Part shown: positions 19,535-29,675 of the stretch, piece after piece
How positions within the stretch are numbered: the first letter of the stretch is position 1
Layout: each line of letters begins with the position of its first letter
Assembly: GCA_965116885.1 (NCBI GenBank)
Contig: OZ220741.1
Coordinates: forward strand, 352,001-416,000
Length of the DNA stretch: 64,000 nt
Origin: Candidatus Latescibacterota bacterium
GTDB taxonomy: Bacteria > Latescibacterota > UBA2968
Direction of reading: 5' to 3'
Notes under the pieces: model-generated
Database searches by the model: none
The model's input: the letters and a program-made list of their open reading frames with translations, nothing else
Told to the model about the DNA's origin: nothing
Made by a program: the position numbers and the translations under genes

Positions 19535-20434
19535 CTAATTGGGTATTTGACCAATCCGAAGCCACCTGATTTTCCCACTCTCTTCATCTTCTGAAAAATA
19601 AATCTGAATAGCTTTGCCAAGTAAATTTTCTATTGGAACAGCGCCCCAAAATCGACTGTCGTAACTATCGTCCCGGTTATCGCCCAAAGCAAAAAAGTGC
19701 CCATCGGGAACGGCATAAGGACCAAAATTATCTCGCGGGCTATTCTGTTTGTCCCACACTCTCAGATCCTCGTTCTTAACGCCTTCAGCATCCTCAAATC
19801 GCTTTCCATCTACATACACACCCTTATCTTCTATTTTCACTATTTGCCCTTCAATAGCTATGCATCGTTTGATAAACGCGCGTTTGGGATCTTTTGGAAA
19901 TTTGAAAATGACCAAATCCCCTATATCTGGCCGATCAACACCTATCACGCGATTCTCCACAAATGGGATTCTAATTCCATAGGCAGACATACTTGCAAAT
20001 ATGTAATCGCCACTCAAAAAGGTATCTGCCATTGCCATACTGGGAATACTAAACGTTCTAAGTACACAGGTTCTTAGAAACGGTTTCATGACGATCTCAG
20101 AAACGAACAGTATTACAACAATAGCTACCAGATAAACCAACCAGTGATTACATCTTTTTCGCTGAAAATCTCGAGTTGATTTTCTTGCTGTTTTGAATGC
20201 ATCCCAGGCAATGTAAAAATAGATAACCAGGAAACAAAACATGGCTATCCCAAGATTCAAGGGAGCAATCGCAAGACCTCCTAAAATGATGAGGATCGAT
20301 AAAAATATCCCCCCTGAATAAAGAACATAAAACATGATCCCTTTTTTGAGTTGTCCATTATAAACCTGACCGAGTCCCGGAAATGGAAGCCCCAATAAAA
20401 TTGCCAACCACCATTTTCTTTCCTGCGTTTTCAC
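19535..20434 (-). CDS. Signal peptidase I (S26) homologue with N-terminal TM domain; catalytic Ser position is Ala
   Basis: IPSMAM (canonical IPSGSM), FIKR, GDNRD.SYDSRFWG; N-terminal PGLGQVYNG membrane module; AT-rich gene. Confidence 0.85.
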   Translation of the reverse strand: MKTQERKWWLAILLGLPFPGLGQVYNGQLKKGIMFYVLYSGGIFLSILIILGGLAIAPLNLGIAMFCFLVIYFYIAWDAFKTARKSTRDFQRKRCNHWLVYLVAIVVILFVSEIVMKPFLRTCVLRTFSIPSMAMADTFLSGDYIFASMSAYGIRIPFVENRVIGVDRPDIGDLVIFKFPKDPKRAFIKRCIAIEGQIVKIEDKGVYVDGKRFEDAEGVKNEDLRVWDKQNSPRDNFGPYAVPDGHFFALGDNRDDSYDSRFWGAVPIENLLGKAIQIYFSEDEESGKIRWLRIGQIPN

Positions 20435-20449
20435 GCCATCAATCTCCTG

Positions 20450-21901
20450 CTAAACCTCTGGCAATAAAGTCCTATCATCTGTCCGTATCTGCCACTGACG
20501 AATACGCTCAGTCAGGTCCCGGATGCGGTCCCGGCATTTGGGATCATCGAAATGATTGACGGTCTCATACGGATCGGCGTTTAGATCGTAGAGTTCACAC
20601 TGATCGTGCGCGCTGAGATTGAGTTTCCAGCGGTCGGAAGAAATAACAGATCGCCACGGCGTACTCATAGCGGGATTGACCTCGGCCTCACCGGGACGCG
20701 GGTGTCCATCATTGCGGTTCCACTGAATAAAAACATCATTTCCCGACAATGTCGCATCGCCGTCCAGCACGGGCACGCGGCTCTCGCCTTGCAGGTGATC
20801 GGGAATAGATTCACCCATCAAATCCAGAAGCGTAGGCACGAGATCAATATGTGAAATATTCCCCCCAATCACACGCTGCTGACTGGATAAATAGGGCACA
20901 TGAATGAGAAGTGGCACCTTGACGGACTCCTCGTACAAAACAGTCTTGCCCAAAATACCGTGATCGCCCACCATCTCGCCGTGATCGCTGGTAAACACAA
21001 TAATCGTATTATCCGCCTGACCGCTCTCCTCAAGCGCAGCGAGAATTTTGCCAACAGAGCGATCGATCAACGTAACATTGCCATAATAGCGCGCGCGAAC
21101 AGCACGCCAGCCCTCATCTGTGCGAAGATCGTAACCGTATTCCTCGGATTCCATATAATAAGCGGACAAAACGCGATTGAGAAGAGACGCATTAGCCGGT
21201 GGCTTCTGGCGAAATGTGGGACCAACGGGAAGTCCTGAAGGATCGTAATAATCGTTTAATGGACCGGTATGCGGTGGATGCGGCTCCAGATAAGAAACAG
21301 CCAGCACAAAAGGATCATCGCCACAGTCGCGTATAAATTGGGCAGCGCGGTCGCCCTGGAAAGACGCCTTGGTAAACGGTTCGTCCATACTCGCTTCAAC
21401 ATGGCGGGAAAAAACGCGCTGACCTTCGGATTCGGAATTGGGTTCGAAGCCATTTTCCACGAGAAAGTGATGGTAGGCACTGCGGTATGCATGGCGTTCA
21501 GAACTCGAAAAAAAGCGACGGTACGAATCCTCGGTACCAACCCATTCGGAAAAACCGTGCTGCGGAAAAATTTCATCGCCAAGATGCCACTTGCCATTAT
21601 AACAACAGCGATAATCCGAAGACACCATCTCCGCAATGGTTTGCACATCTCGAGGCAGCGGAACATTGCACGCCGGCACGCGCGCGGTATGCGGGTAAAG
21701 ACCGCACAACATCGTGGCACGCGAGGGACTACACACGGGCTGGCTCACATAGGCATTCTCAAAAACAAAACTCCTATCCGCAAGCGCATTGAGATGCAGC
21801 GTATCAATATGATCATTGCCATAACACCGCATCGTATCCGCGCGCTGTTGATCCGTAAAAATAAATAACAAATTCGGTTTTCTAAGAAATGCGCTCATCA
21901 T
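20450..21901 (-). CDS. Sulfatase (S1, formylglycine-dependent)
   Basis: PNLLFIFTDQQR, CSPSR, GKWHLG, EPHPP, TSDHG and ELYDL..DPYE motifs. Confidence 0.93.
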   Translation of the reverse strand: MMSAFLRKPNLLFIFTDQQRADTMRCYGNDHIDTLHLNALADRSFVFENAYVSQPVCSPSRATMLCGLYPHTARVPACNVPLPRDVQTIAEMVSSDYRCCYNGKWHLGDEIFPQHGFSEWVGTEDSYRRFFSSSERHAYRSAYHHFLVENGFEPNSESEGQRVFSRHVEASMDEPFTKASFQGDRAAQFIRDCGDDPFVLAVSYLEPHPPHTGPLNDYYDPSGLPVGPTFRQKPPANASLLNRVLSAYYMESEEYGYDLRTDEGWRAVRARYYGNVTLIDRSVGKILAALEESGQADNTIIVFTSDHGEMVGDHGILGKTVLYEESVKVPLLIHVPYLSSQQRVIGGNISHIDLVPTLLDLMGESIPDHLQGESRVPVLDGDATLSGNDVFIQWNRNDGHPRPGEAEVNPAMSTPWRSVISSDRWKLNLSAHDQCELYDLNADPYETVNHFDDPKCRDRIRDLTERIRQWQIRTDDRTLLPEV

Positions 21902-21960
21902 CAAAACCTCCAGCAATCAGCAGTCAGCCCGCCCTACTACCTATTCCTAATTTTTAATTT

Positions 21961-23172
21961 TTAATTCGTCAACCGCCACTGCGACCTGGGAATCACAACA
22001 GCGATCACAGCGAGAACGACACACCCCGCAATGGCAAACACCGCGCAGTGCAAAAGCGTATGAGACAGCCCAATATCCGAACCTTCTGAAATACCAGCGA
22101 GAAGGGTCAAACAAAGAGAAAATGACAAACGTCCAATCAGACTCTGAATTGAAAGATACGTCGCGCGATGGTGTTGTTGCAAACGCGGTACAACTGCAGC
22201 ATTGAGAGGCGCAATCATAAGCGCGCGCGGAACAGAGCGCAAAGCCAACAAAAGCGCAACAACGGGATGAAAAAAGAACCCCATCAATGCAATGAGAACA
22301 ACCTGCACCCCTGCGCTGAGCATAAGTGCCGACCGGGTACCGAGATGATCGCGTAGGCGAATACTCTGTCTTGCAAACCATGCAGCAATGCCCATCGTCA
22401 GCGCCGTGTGCAAACCCGTAAGCAACGGCGTGGGAGCCTGTCCGCCGAGCAACTGGATATAGGGCTGATAAAATTCATAAGGGATATGGTTGACAACCGT
22501 CATAAAAACGGAAAACAGCATCAACCACCCGAGCACGGGTTGGCTGAGATACGCAAGACAGGCGCGAATCTGCAAAAAAAATCCCGAAGCCTGTCGCGCA
22601 GTGCTGGCCTCTCGGTCGGGTTCGGCAAATAACAAAACCAGCGCAAAAGCCACGCACGCCGCCAACAAAGACAGGCCATAAGCGACGCGCAAAGCAAAGA
22701 TAGACACCGCCCCCCCAAGGAGCGCAGCACCTGCCGAAGCAATAAAAACATTCCGCGTAATGCGCGCTTCGCGCTGGGGATAGGCATCTTCTCGCCCCAA
22801 ACATTTGAGCAAATCGTAGTGAAACGACGTATCCGTGCCAGACCGAAAGGCCATGCTTGCAGCCAGCCCAATTTGCGCCAGCACAAAAATACCAAAAGAC
22901 CCACCCAAAAAAAACAGAGCGTACGCAAAGATCGCTGAAGCAGCAGAAATCAGAAGGGTCAGACGACGCCCCAGAGTATCGGACAAATACCCGGAGGGCA
23001 CTTCCAGAACAACAACCGCAACATAGTAAATGGCTTCAAGACGCAGCACCTGCTCAATGGGCATGTGCTCGTTAAAATACAAAAAAAACACAGGCAACCA
23101 GAAATACGCCTGCGCGAGGGGAGCATAAATCGGATACAATCGAACGCTGCGGGTGAGTTCAGAATGTAACAT
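21961..23172 (-). CDS. MFS transporter
   Basis: LEVPSGYLSD.LGRR, SGTD and RAT.LS motifs; about 12 TM segments. Confidence 0.88.
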   Translation of the reverse strand: MLHSELTRSVRLYPIYAPLAQAYFWLPVFFLYFNEHMPIEQVLRLEAIYYVAVVVLEVPSGYLSDTLGRRLTLLISAASAIFAYALFFLGGSFGIFVLAQIGLAASMAFRSGTDTSFHYDLLKCLGREDAYPQREARITRNVFIASAGAALLGGAVSIFALRVAYGLSLLAACVAFALVLLFAEPDREASTARQASGFFLQIRACLAYLSQPVLGWLMLFSVFMTVVNHIPYEFYQPYIQLLGGQAPTPLLTGLHTALTMGIAAWFARQSIRLRDHLGTRSALMLSAGVQVVLIALMGFFFHPVVALLLALRSVPRALMIAPLNAAVVPRLQQHHRATYLSIQSLIGRLSFSLCLTLLAGISEGSDIGLSHTLLHCAVFAIAGCVVLAVIAVVIPRSQWRLTN

Positions 23173-23190
23173 CGTCAATTGCGGATGGTT

Positions 23191-23535
23191 TTACTCATGC
23201 CTGAAACTGACCATAGCGCGGTTCACCGTTCTGAACGTTTGGAAGGCCGAAGCCAGAGACGTGACCATGAGAATACTCTCAATTCTTCTGGTAATACCCA
23301 CCAGACGCAAATCACCACCTGCAGCCTTAACAGTCGCCAGAGATGCCGTGAGAACTCCGAGCATCGCACTGCCAAACCATCTGACAGCAGAAAAATCGAC
23401 AATCACGCGATTGGTGCCACTTGCAACGAGTTGTTTGATGTGGTCGTGAAACGGCATAACATCAGGACCGTCCATCAGTTCACCTGTAAGGGTAATAATC
23501 GCAATATCATCCTTGATTTCTTCTTTCAGATTCAT
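23191..23535 (-). CDS. STAS-domain anti-sigma factor antagonist
   Basis: I.LTGEL, VIVDFSAV.WFGSAMLG and GGDLRL motifs. Confidence 0.88.
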   Translation of the reverse strand: MNLKEEIKDDIAIITLTGELMDGPDVMPFHDHIKQLVASGTNRVIVDFSAVRWFGSAMLGVLTASLATVKAAGGDLRLVGITRRIESILMVTSLASAFQTFRTVNRAMVSFRHE

Positions 23536-23634
23536 AGCTACTTCCTTTGTTAAATGAGATTGGATATTCCTCGACAGCGATAACATAAGCCCCTTATACC
23601 GATTTTACAACTATTTCTTAATCTATAAAAGGGA

Positions 23635-23651
23635 CTGGCATGGAATTTGCA
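23635..23651 (+). promoter_or_regulatory. Putative sigma54 (-24/-12) promoter
   Basis: CTGGCATGGAATTTGCA fits YTGGCACGNNNNTTGCW with exact GG-N10-GC spacing. Confidence 0.5.
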
Positions 23652-23776
23652 GGAGTGAAATACAACCTGGAAATTGCAGGTATAATGAACGATATGTTCA
23701 AGTTAAACCGCGTGAAATGAACGCAACATGCTTGACTTTTCAGCTATTTTTCTTCATTGTGTGAATAGGAAATTGC

Positions 23777-24109
23777 ATGGCTATCGGCAGACGATGGGCG
23801 GTTAAAGATCAATACGGCAACATCATCTATCTTACCGATGAAAGATGGGAGCACATTATTGATCCCTGGAACCATCCTGAAATGCGGGATTTTGAAGCAC
23901 ATCTTCGGGATACAATTCGATTGGGACAACGCAAACAAGAACCTTTGAATTTTCATAAATACCGATACAGCAAACCCTTTGACGACCTGGTCGGAGACAA
24001 TACGCATATCGTCGCCATTGTCCTTTTCAAATTTCGGGAAGTAAACGGCCATGAGATTGCGAACAATTATATTCTCACAGCGTACCAAAAAGAGATTCTG
24101 ACAATATGA
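23777..24109 (+). CDS. Putative type II toxin (RelE/BECR-like nuclease)
   Basis: IYLTDERWEHI..HPEM and C-terminal ILTAY; overlaps (ATGA) a DUF2283-like gene. Confidence 0.65.
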   Translation: MAIGRRWAVKDQYGNIIYLTDERWEHIIDPWNHPEMRDFEAHLRDTIRLGQRKQEPLNFHKYRYSKPFDDLVGDNTHIVAIVLFKFREVNGHEIANNYILTAYQKEILTI

Positions 24110-24468
24110 ATGAACCCAATTTCAACTACGACAGAGAAAGTGATACACTCTATATTTCATTTGAACCCAATGTTAAAGCAACAGGCATTGCGCTGAATGA
24201 TCATATCCTACTTCGGATTGATAAGGCCAAACGCAAAGCTGTTGGACTGACATTTTTTGACTATTCGATTTTGACGCAACAAACGAACATAGGGCCTCGG
24301 AGTTTCCCCTTGACGGGCCTGAACGATCTATCCGATGCACTGAGAGATATGGTTGTAGATATTCTTCAACGCTCACCCATCAAAGAAATCCTTCCGCTAT
24401 CGGCCTATACGCCATCTGCCATTGAAATGATTCCCATTACATCACTGATGTTACACAGGAAGCATTGA
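24106..24468 (+). CDS. DUF2283-domain putative antitoxin
   Basis: FNYDRESDTLYISF...ILLRID...VGLT pattern. Confidence 0.75.
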   Translation: MNEPNFNYDRESDTLYISFEPNVKATGIALNDHILLRIDKAKRKAVGLTFFDYSILTQQTNIGPRSFPLTGLNDLSDALRDMVVDILQRSPIKEILPLSAYTPSAIEMIPITSLMLHRKH

Positions 24469-24528
24469 CCTACTATCGCAGTAATACACCATTCACTCGC
24501 CTTCATACCCCACTGACAAAGACTATCG

Positions 24529-24562
24529 AAAAAACGGGACACCTGAATCAGGTCCCGTTTTT
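24529..24562. terminator. Bidirectional intrinsic terminator
   Basis: AAAAAACGGGAC..CCTGA/TCAGG..TCCCGTTTTT between convergent genes. Confidence 0.8.
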
Positions 24563-24567
24563 GCTTT

Positions 24568-25680
24568 TTAAGTCATCGGATCTCGTTTGAGCAAAGGCAG
24601 TGGATTGGGCGTGACGAGCACACCGCCATTTTCATAGGACTCAATCGCCGCCCACGTGTATTCGAGAGCCGCGAGTGCATCGTGACCCGAAGCGCGGAGC
24701 TCTTCTCTGGGCACACCATTGGTGACATCCTCGAGAAAGGCGTGGATGCGATTGGGAAATGTGGAGCCAAAGTCAGCAATCCCCGAATCATCAACAATGG
24801 GATCGGGTGCGGCACCGTGCGACATATTCTCCGGCATAGGTGCTGTGCCAGGCGCGGGCCAGAAAGTGATTTTTTCAACGCAATTTTCAATACAAAAAGT
24901 CCCGCGCGTACCCGCCACTTCAACGCTCCACCAGCCACCCAGACCAAAAGTGACATCGCCGCGCTGACTCAACAAATAACCCATCGCGCCGCTTTCAAAA
25001 CGCACGTGAATGCTATTGAGGGAAATCATGAGATCGCCCGCTTGCTTGCGAAAACTGGGGCGGTCAAAAAATGCCTGCACATGGGTGATATTGCCGCAAA
25101 AATCGCGCATCACGCTAAAGGGATGCGTGAGAAAAGCCTTAACGTGAAAATAGGGATGTCCCCACGATTTAGGCCCTTTGCCTGGCCTATAAGTCTCTTC
25201 ACCACCTGCAAAACCCATCTTGTGAATACAGTAAATTTGTTCGCCCACTTTGCCTTCTGCGATATATTCTCGCGCTTTGTCCGCCGGTTGAGAAAAATAA
25301 TGGTTGAGATTGCAGCCGAGGTACAGATTTTGTTCTGCGGCATAAGCGACCATATCGCGAGCTTCATCAATATCGTTGGACAGGGGTTTTTCACACAAAA
25401 CGTGTCTGCCAGCGGCGAGAGCCTCCATCGTCGGTTCATAGTGCCAACTGCCATTCTCATTTCCCCCGGTCGTGACATCGACAATATCCAGATCCTCGTT
25501 CTCCAACATATCTTTGAGACTATAATAAGCTTTAACACCGTGTCTTTCCGCAGCCTTATCCGCGGACTCTTTGACAACATCGCACACCGCAACGAGATCT
25601 GCCAGGTCTTCTTCAGCATGACAGCCCGCATGCCGATTGCCAACACCACCCATACCAACAACACCAACTTTAAGTGCCAT
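24568..25680 (-). CDS. Gfo/Idh/MocA-family oxidoreductase
   Basis: KVGVVGMGGVG, AVCD and HVLCEKP motifs. Confidence 0.92.
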   Translation of the reverse strand: MALKVGVVGMGGVGNRHAGCHAEEDLADLVAVCDVVKESADKAAERHGVKAYYSLKDMLENEDLDIVDVTTGGNENGSWHYEPTMEALAAGRHVLCEKPLSNDIDEARDMVAYAAEQNLYLGCNLNHYFSQPADKAREYIAEGKVGEQIYCIHKMGFAGGEETYRPGKGPKSWGHPYFHVKAFLTHPFSVMRDFCGNITHVQAFFDRPSFRKQAGDLMISLNSIHVRFESGAMGYLLSQRGDVTFGLGGWWSVEVAGTRGTFCIENCVEKITFWPAPGTAPMPENMSHGAAPDPIVDDSGIADFGSTFPNRIHAFLEDVTNGVPREELRASGHDALAALEYTWAAIESYENGGVLVTPNPLPLLKRDPMT

Positions 25681-25847
25681 AAAACCATCTCCTGAAAAAA
25701 GTGATTAGTGAATCGCTTAATCTAAAGTATCCCGCGCTCAAACCGCTTGAGCACCTCGCCCAGTCCGGACAACGGCACCACCTCACCATAAATAACCGAA
25801 GATGTGACAATATGCAACTTAAACTTTCAAATTTACCCCATTATCCA

Positions 25848-27587
25848 TTACGCCGCACTCGCCTTACTCCGAATCTTCGTCAGATGGAAAGGCGTTGCCG
25901 CCCGTCCGCCCTCGGGCAGTCCAAGAGGCAATTTCACATCCAGCAAAAAGGGGCGCTCCTCGCCCTCTACCACATCCAATCCCCGCGCAATAGCACTCTC
26001 TAAATCCGATTCCTCATCAACCTGCATCCCCTCCACACCAAACCCCTCTGCAATTTTCACCGGATCAATCCCATCCAGAACCACGCCCGGGTACTCTCCC
26101 GTCTCCTTCATCACCCCGCCCGCCCGCTCAAAATTGGTCGCCACAATCCCATAAGACCGATTATTTGGAATCACAAAAAGCACCGGAATCTGGTGGTGGG
26201 CAGCCGTCCAAAGCCCGGAATCGGCATAATACATCGACCCATCGCCCACCAGCCCAACCACGGGCTTGTGCGGCACCGCCAGCTTCAACCCAATCGTACC
26301 ACCAATCCCATAACCCTCCGATCCCCCAGCCGCCCGGATATAGGCATTGCGCCCTGCGCCATAAGCATCACCCCGACTATCTATTGGCAGGGCGTATTGC
26401 TCGACCATCATCAAACCACCACCCAACCTCTCCAGCCCCCGATCGATTGCATCCACCAGCACATAGGGTCTCACTTGCCCGGCCTCCTGCGCCACGCGCT
26501 TTGCCGCCGCTTTTCGCTTTGCGTGAAGAGAAGCAGCGTGCATCTCGGCGCGGGCGAGACGCTCGGCAAAAGACACCTGAGACGAAGCGCGCTCAAGACA
26601 TTCAAGCGTCCTGAACTCATCTGCTAAAATCGCGAGATCCAATCCCGGAAGATTCGTAAAATTCTCGACATCTGGCCCAATCCCAATCAGGCGTTGCGCC
26701 CCCGACAACGCATTAAAATCCTGGGGTTTCCCGCGACCATTGTGGCGCACGCCAATGCACACAATCAGATCGGGTGACACCTCGGCAACAGCCTCTGCGA
26801 TCCGCCCGCAGTGAAGACTGTGGCTTTGCGGAGTCCTGCGCATCTCCGTCCACGTACCCGCAATCGGGCAGCCATACTGCTCTGCCAGCGCCATAACCCG
26901 CGCCTCTGCCCCACTCTTCCAAATACCGTCCCCAACATAAAACAGCGGACGCTGGGCATCGGACAACGCGCGAATAACAGCTTCGACATCCTCATCTGCC
27001 GGATAACCCGCCCGCACCGACTGAGTCTCCCCCTCAATAATCTCTGTACTCACCCTATCATTTCCGAGCAACCGATCGTAAACAGCGAGGTGAACCGGAC
27101 CGACCGGCGGTGTTTTGGCAACCCGCAACGCGCGCTCAATCGCCTGCGGCAAGCCATCCGATTCAATCACCGTCCAACTCGCCTTGGTAAAAGGCTCCGC
27201 AATCGACGTTGGCCCCACATTGTGCGTCAAATCCAGACCCACCCGGTCTCCATAACTCCCCGTATCCCCCGCAAACGTAAGCACCACAACGGGCAGACTA
27301 CCACTCCAAACATTGATCAACTGCCCCAAACACTGCGCCAACCCGGCACCCAGATGGACGACCATCACGGCCGGATCGAGATTTCCCTGTGTATATCCCC
27401 CCGCCATCGCGGCTACACTCCCCTCGTGAAGTGCCAGAATACCGTGAACATTGGGATTTATGTGGAGCGCGTCAAAAAAGAGCGCCTCCCGAGAGCCAGA
27501 GTTGTTAAACACATACTGCACGCCCAGCGCGGCGAGTTGCTCGACGATAATTTCGGATGGGGTCGCTGTAATAGATCTCTTTTTCAT
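25848..27587 (-). CDS. Thiamine-pyrophosphate-dependent enzyme (benzoylformate decarboxylase/AHAS-like)
   Basis: LHEGS..AMA.GY, GPVHL and the GDGS...NN TPP-binding motif. Confidence 0.88.
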   Translation of the reverse strand: MKKRSITATPSEIIVEQLAALGVQYVFNNSGSREALFFDALHINPNVHGILALHEGSVAAMAGGYTQGNLDPAVMVVHLGAGLAQCLGQLINVWSGSLPVVVLTFAGDTGSYGDRVGLDLTHNVGPTSIAEPFTKASWTVIESDGLPQAIERALRVAKTPPVGPVHLAVYDRLLGNDRVSTEIIEGETQSVRAGYPADEDVEAVIRALSDAQRPLFYVGDGIWKSGAEARVMALAEQYGCPIAGTWTEMRRTPQSHSLHCGRIAEAVAEVSPDLIVCIGVRHNGRGKPQDFNALSGAQRLIGIGPDVENFTNLPGLDLAILADEFRTLECLERASSQVSFAERLARAEMHAASLHAKRKAAAKRVAQEAGQVRPYVLVDAIDRGLERLGGGLMMVEQYALPIDSRGDAYGAGRNAYIRAAGGSEGYGIGGTIGLKLAVPHKPVVGLVGDGSMYYADSGLWTAAHHQIPVLFVIPNNRSYGIVATNFERAGGVMKETGEYPGVVLDGIDPVKIAEGFGVEGMQVDEESDLESAIARGLDVVEGEERPFLLDVKLPLGLPEGGRAATPFHLTKIRSKASAA

Positions 27588-27765
27588 AACCCCTCACCTC
27601 CTTGGCAATTTGTCCTGAAAAAACCCATTGTGAAGTATGATAACCCCGCGCCCAGAACAGCACAAGCAATACCAGAACAGGTGAGATTTCCATTGTCGCG
27701 TTCGGGATGCACTTTATATTGCTGCGGCAAAGCTCTTCAGAATTCTTTAAATACAGGAGACCACA

Positions 27766-28848
27766 ATGAAAATCACAGATATCAAAATGACAGTTGTAAA
27801 ACAACGCCTGGAAAAACCATTCTGGAACTCGATTGTCACCACGCGCTCCAAGTCCCGCGCCAGATTGGAAATATATACAAATGAAGGCTTGATAGGCATG
27901 ACCATGTGTTCGGGATCTGTGCGGACAAAGTTGAACACCCTAAAAGAAAAATTGATCGGCGAAGATCCCATGCGTATCGCGTATTTGTGGGAAAAACTAT
28001 TCATGGGCGGCACGCGCAAACCCATAGCCAAAGGCGAATACATCAACGCGATCAGCGCAGCCGACAACGCCCTCTGGGACTTAAAGGGCAAAGCACTCAA
28101 CCAACCCGTATGGAAATTACTCGGCGGCGTCCAAAGCAAACTGTGGGCCTATGCCGCGGGTGGATATTACGAAGAAGGCAAGGGAATACCAGAACTCTGC
28201 GAAGAAATGACAACATATCTAAGCCAGGGATTTCAAGCAGTAAAAATGAAAGTGGGATGGCCGGGAATCACATTGAAAGAAGACGCAGAACGGGTACACG
28301 TCGTACGCAAAGCCATAGGCGACGACATCGCCCTGATGATCGACGCGAACAACGCCTGGGACGCGCATACCGCAATTCGATTCGGACGCATGATAGAAGC
28401 CTACGCCCCCTACTGGTATGAAGAACCCGTGCGCCCGGACGATCTCGAAGGCTCGGCACTCGTCGCCGGGGCACTGGACTATCCAGTTGCCAGTGGAGAA
28501 AACGAAGCCACGCGCTGGGGATTTCGCGACCTGATCGAACGCGGCGGTGTACGCATCGTTCAGGCCGATCCAAACAACTGCGGCGGAATCAGCGAATGGA
28601 TGAAAATTGCGGCCATGGCCAGCGCCCATCACCTGCAAATGGCCCCGCATGGGCAGGGAGCCCTGGGTTGCGTCTTAGTCGCCGCAGTAGATAATGGACT
28701 GGTAGTGGAAAATTACCTGCGAAACTTCAGTACAGATATGGTCGGCGATTTAGAATTTAAAGACGGACACGTCATTATGGACGACGCACCCGGTCTGGGC
28801 ATTGAATGGAATGAAGACCTGATCGAAAAGCATGGCGAAAAGTATTAA
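27766..28848 (+). CDS. Mandelate racemase/muconate lactonizing enzyme family (enolase superfamily)
   Basis: DNALWDL.GK, KMKVG, IDAN, YEEP, SGEN, QAD..GG and APH motifs. Confidence 0.92.
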   Translation: MKITDIKMTVVKQRLEKPFWNSIVTTRSKSRARLEIYTNEGLIGMTMCSGSVRTKLNTLKEKLIGEDPMRIAYLWEKLFMGGTRKPIAKGEYINAISAADNALWDLKGKALNQPVWKLLGGVQSKLWAYAAGGYYEEGKGIPELCEEMTTYLSQGFQAVKMKVGWPGITLKEDAERVHVVRKAIGDDIALMIDANNAWDAHTAIRFGRMIEAYAPYWYEEPVRPDDLEGSALVAGALDYPVASGENEATRWGFRDLIERGGVRIVQADPNNCGGISEWMKIAAMASAHHLQMAPHGQGALGCVLVAAVDNGLVVENYLRNFSTDMVGDLEFKDGHVIMDDAPGLGIEWNEDLIEKHGEKY

Positions 28849-28856
28849 AGGATGTT

Positions 28857-29660
28857 TCAACCTGCAATCACCTCTCGCAGGTGGGCAACCGCCAGCCGGA
28901 TCACCTCCGTATCGTCGCACGCATTCAAATCCTTGCCTTCAAAAACCACCGAAACCGTGCCGTTGAAGTCCACATCCTTCAGGATCTGAATAATCCGCGG
29001 ATAATCCAGCCACGCCTCCTCCCCCGTATCGATCTTGTAAAACTTGGCCCGGACATGAGCCGTATATGGCGCTATCTGTTCCATAAACGCATAGATATCC
29101 ACCTCTGGATCCGGCACGCCCTGGTTCCGCGCGGGCGATCCGACCCACTGTCCGGTATCCATAATAAGCGTAAAATTGTCCCGATCTGTCTGTTCCAGAA
29201 TCCGCAGCACATCTTCCCCCGTAGAAGGATGGTTCTGTAGCCCTACGACAATCCCCTTCTCTGCGGCATAATCGGCCGCATCCTGAAAACACCGGATTTC
29301 CCGCCTCTGCGCTTCGGCATCCTTCAGCGGAGGCCCGCAAAACAACCGGATCATAGGCGCACCTATAAACGCCGCCGTATCCACATCTGCTCTGACCTGA
29401 GCCAGTTTCTCAGCCAGATCTGCATCGGCCCCCACAAAATGCCCACCCGAAGCCAGATACCCGATAGACAGCCCGTACCGGAGGCACCGCATCTTCACCT
29501 CGAACAAGTACGCTGGCTGCTTCGATCGAAATCCGCGCCCGCTGTGGAAATCGATCACGTCCAGCTTCAATTGGTACGCCAGTTGGATATAGCTCTCCAC
29601 ACTCTCCAGACGCGGCGGATCATCCTTCCCAAACATCGAAGCGTACACACCCACTTTCAT
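28857..29660 (-). CDS. Sugar phosphate isomerase/epimerase (AP endonuclease 2 TIM barrel)
   Basis: GAPMIRLF, LQNH, MDTGQW, HVRAK and DF.G.VSV.FEG motifs. Confidence 0.85.
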   Translation of the reverse strand: MKVGVYASMFGKDDPPRLESVESYIQLAYQLKLDVIDFHSGRGFRSKQPAYLFEVKMRCLRYGLSIGYLASGGHFVGADADLAEKLAQVRADVDTAAFIGAPMIRLFCGPPLKDAEAQRREIRCFQDAADYAAEKGIVVGLQNHPSTGEDVLRILEQTDRDNFTLIMDTGQWVGSPARNQGVPDPEVDIYAFMEQIAPYTAHVRAKFYKIDTGEEAWLDYPRIIQILKDVDFNGTVSVVFEGKDLNACDDTEVIRLAVAHLREVIAG

Positions 29661-29675
29661 ACTATGCCCCCTGAT

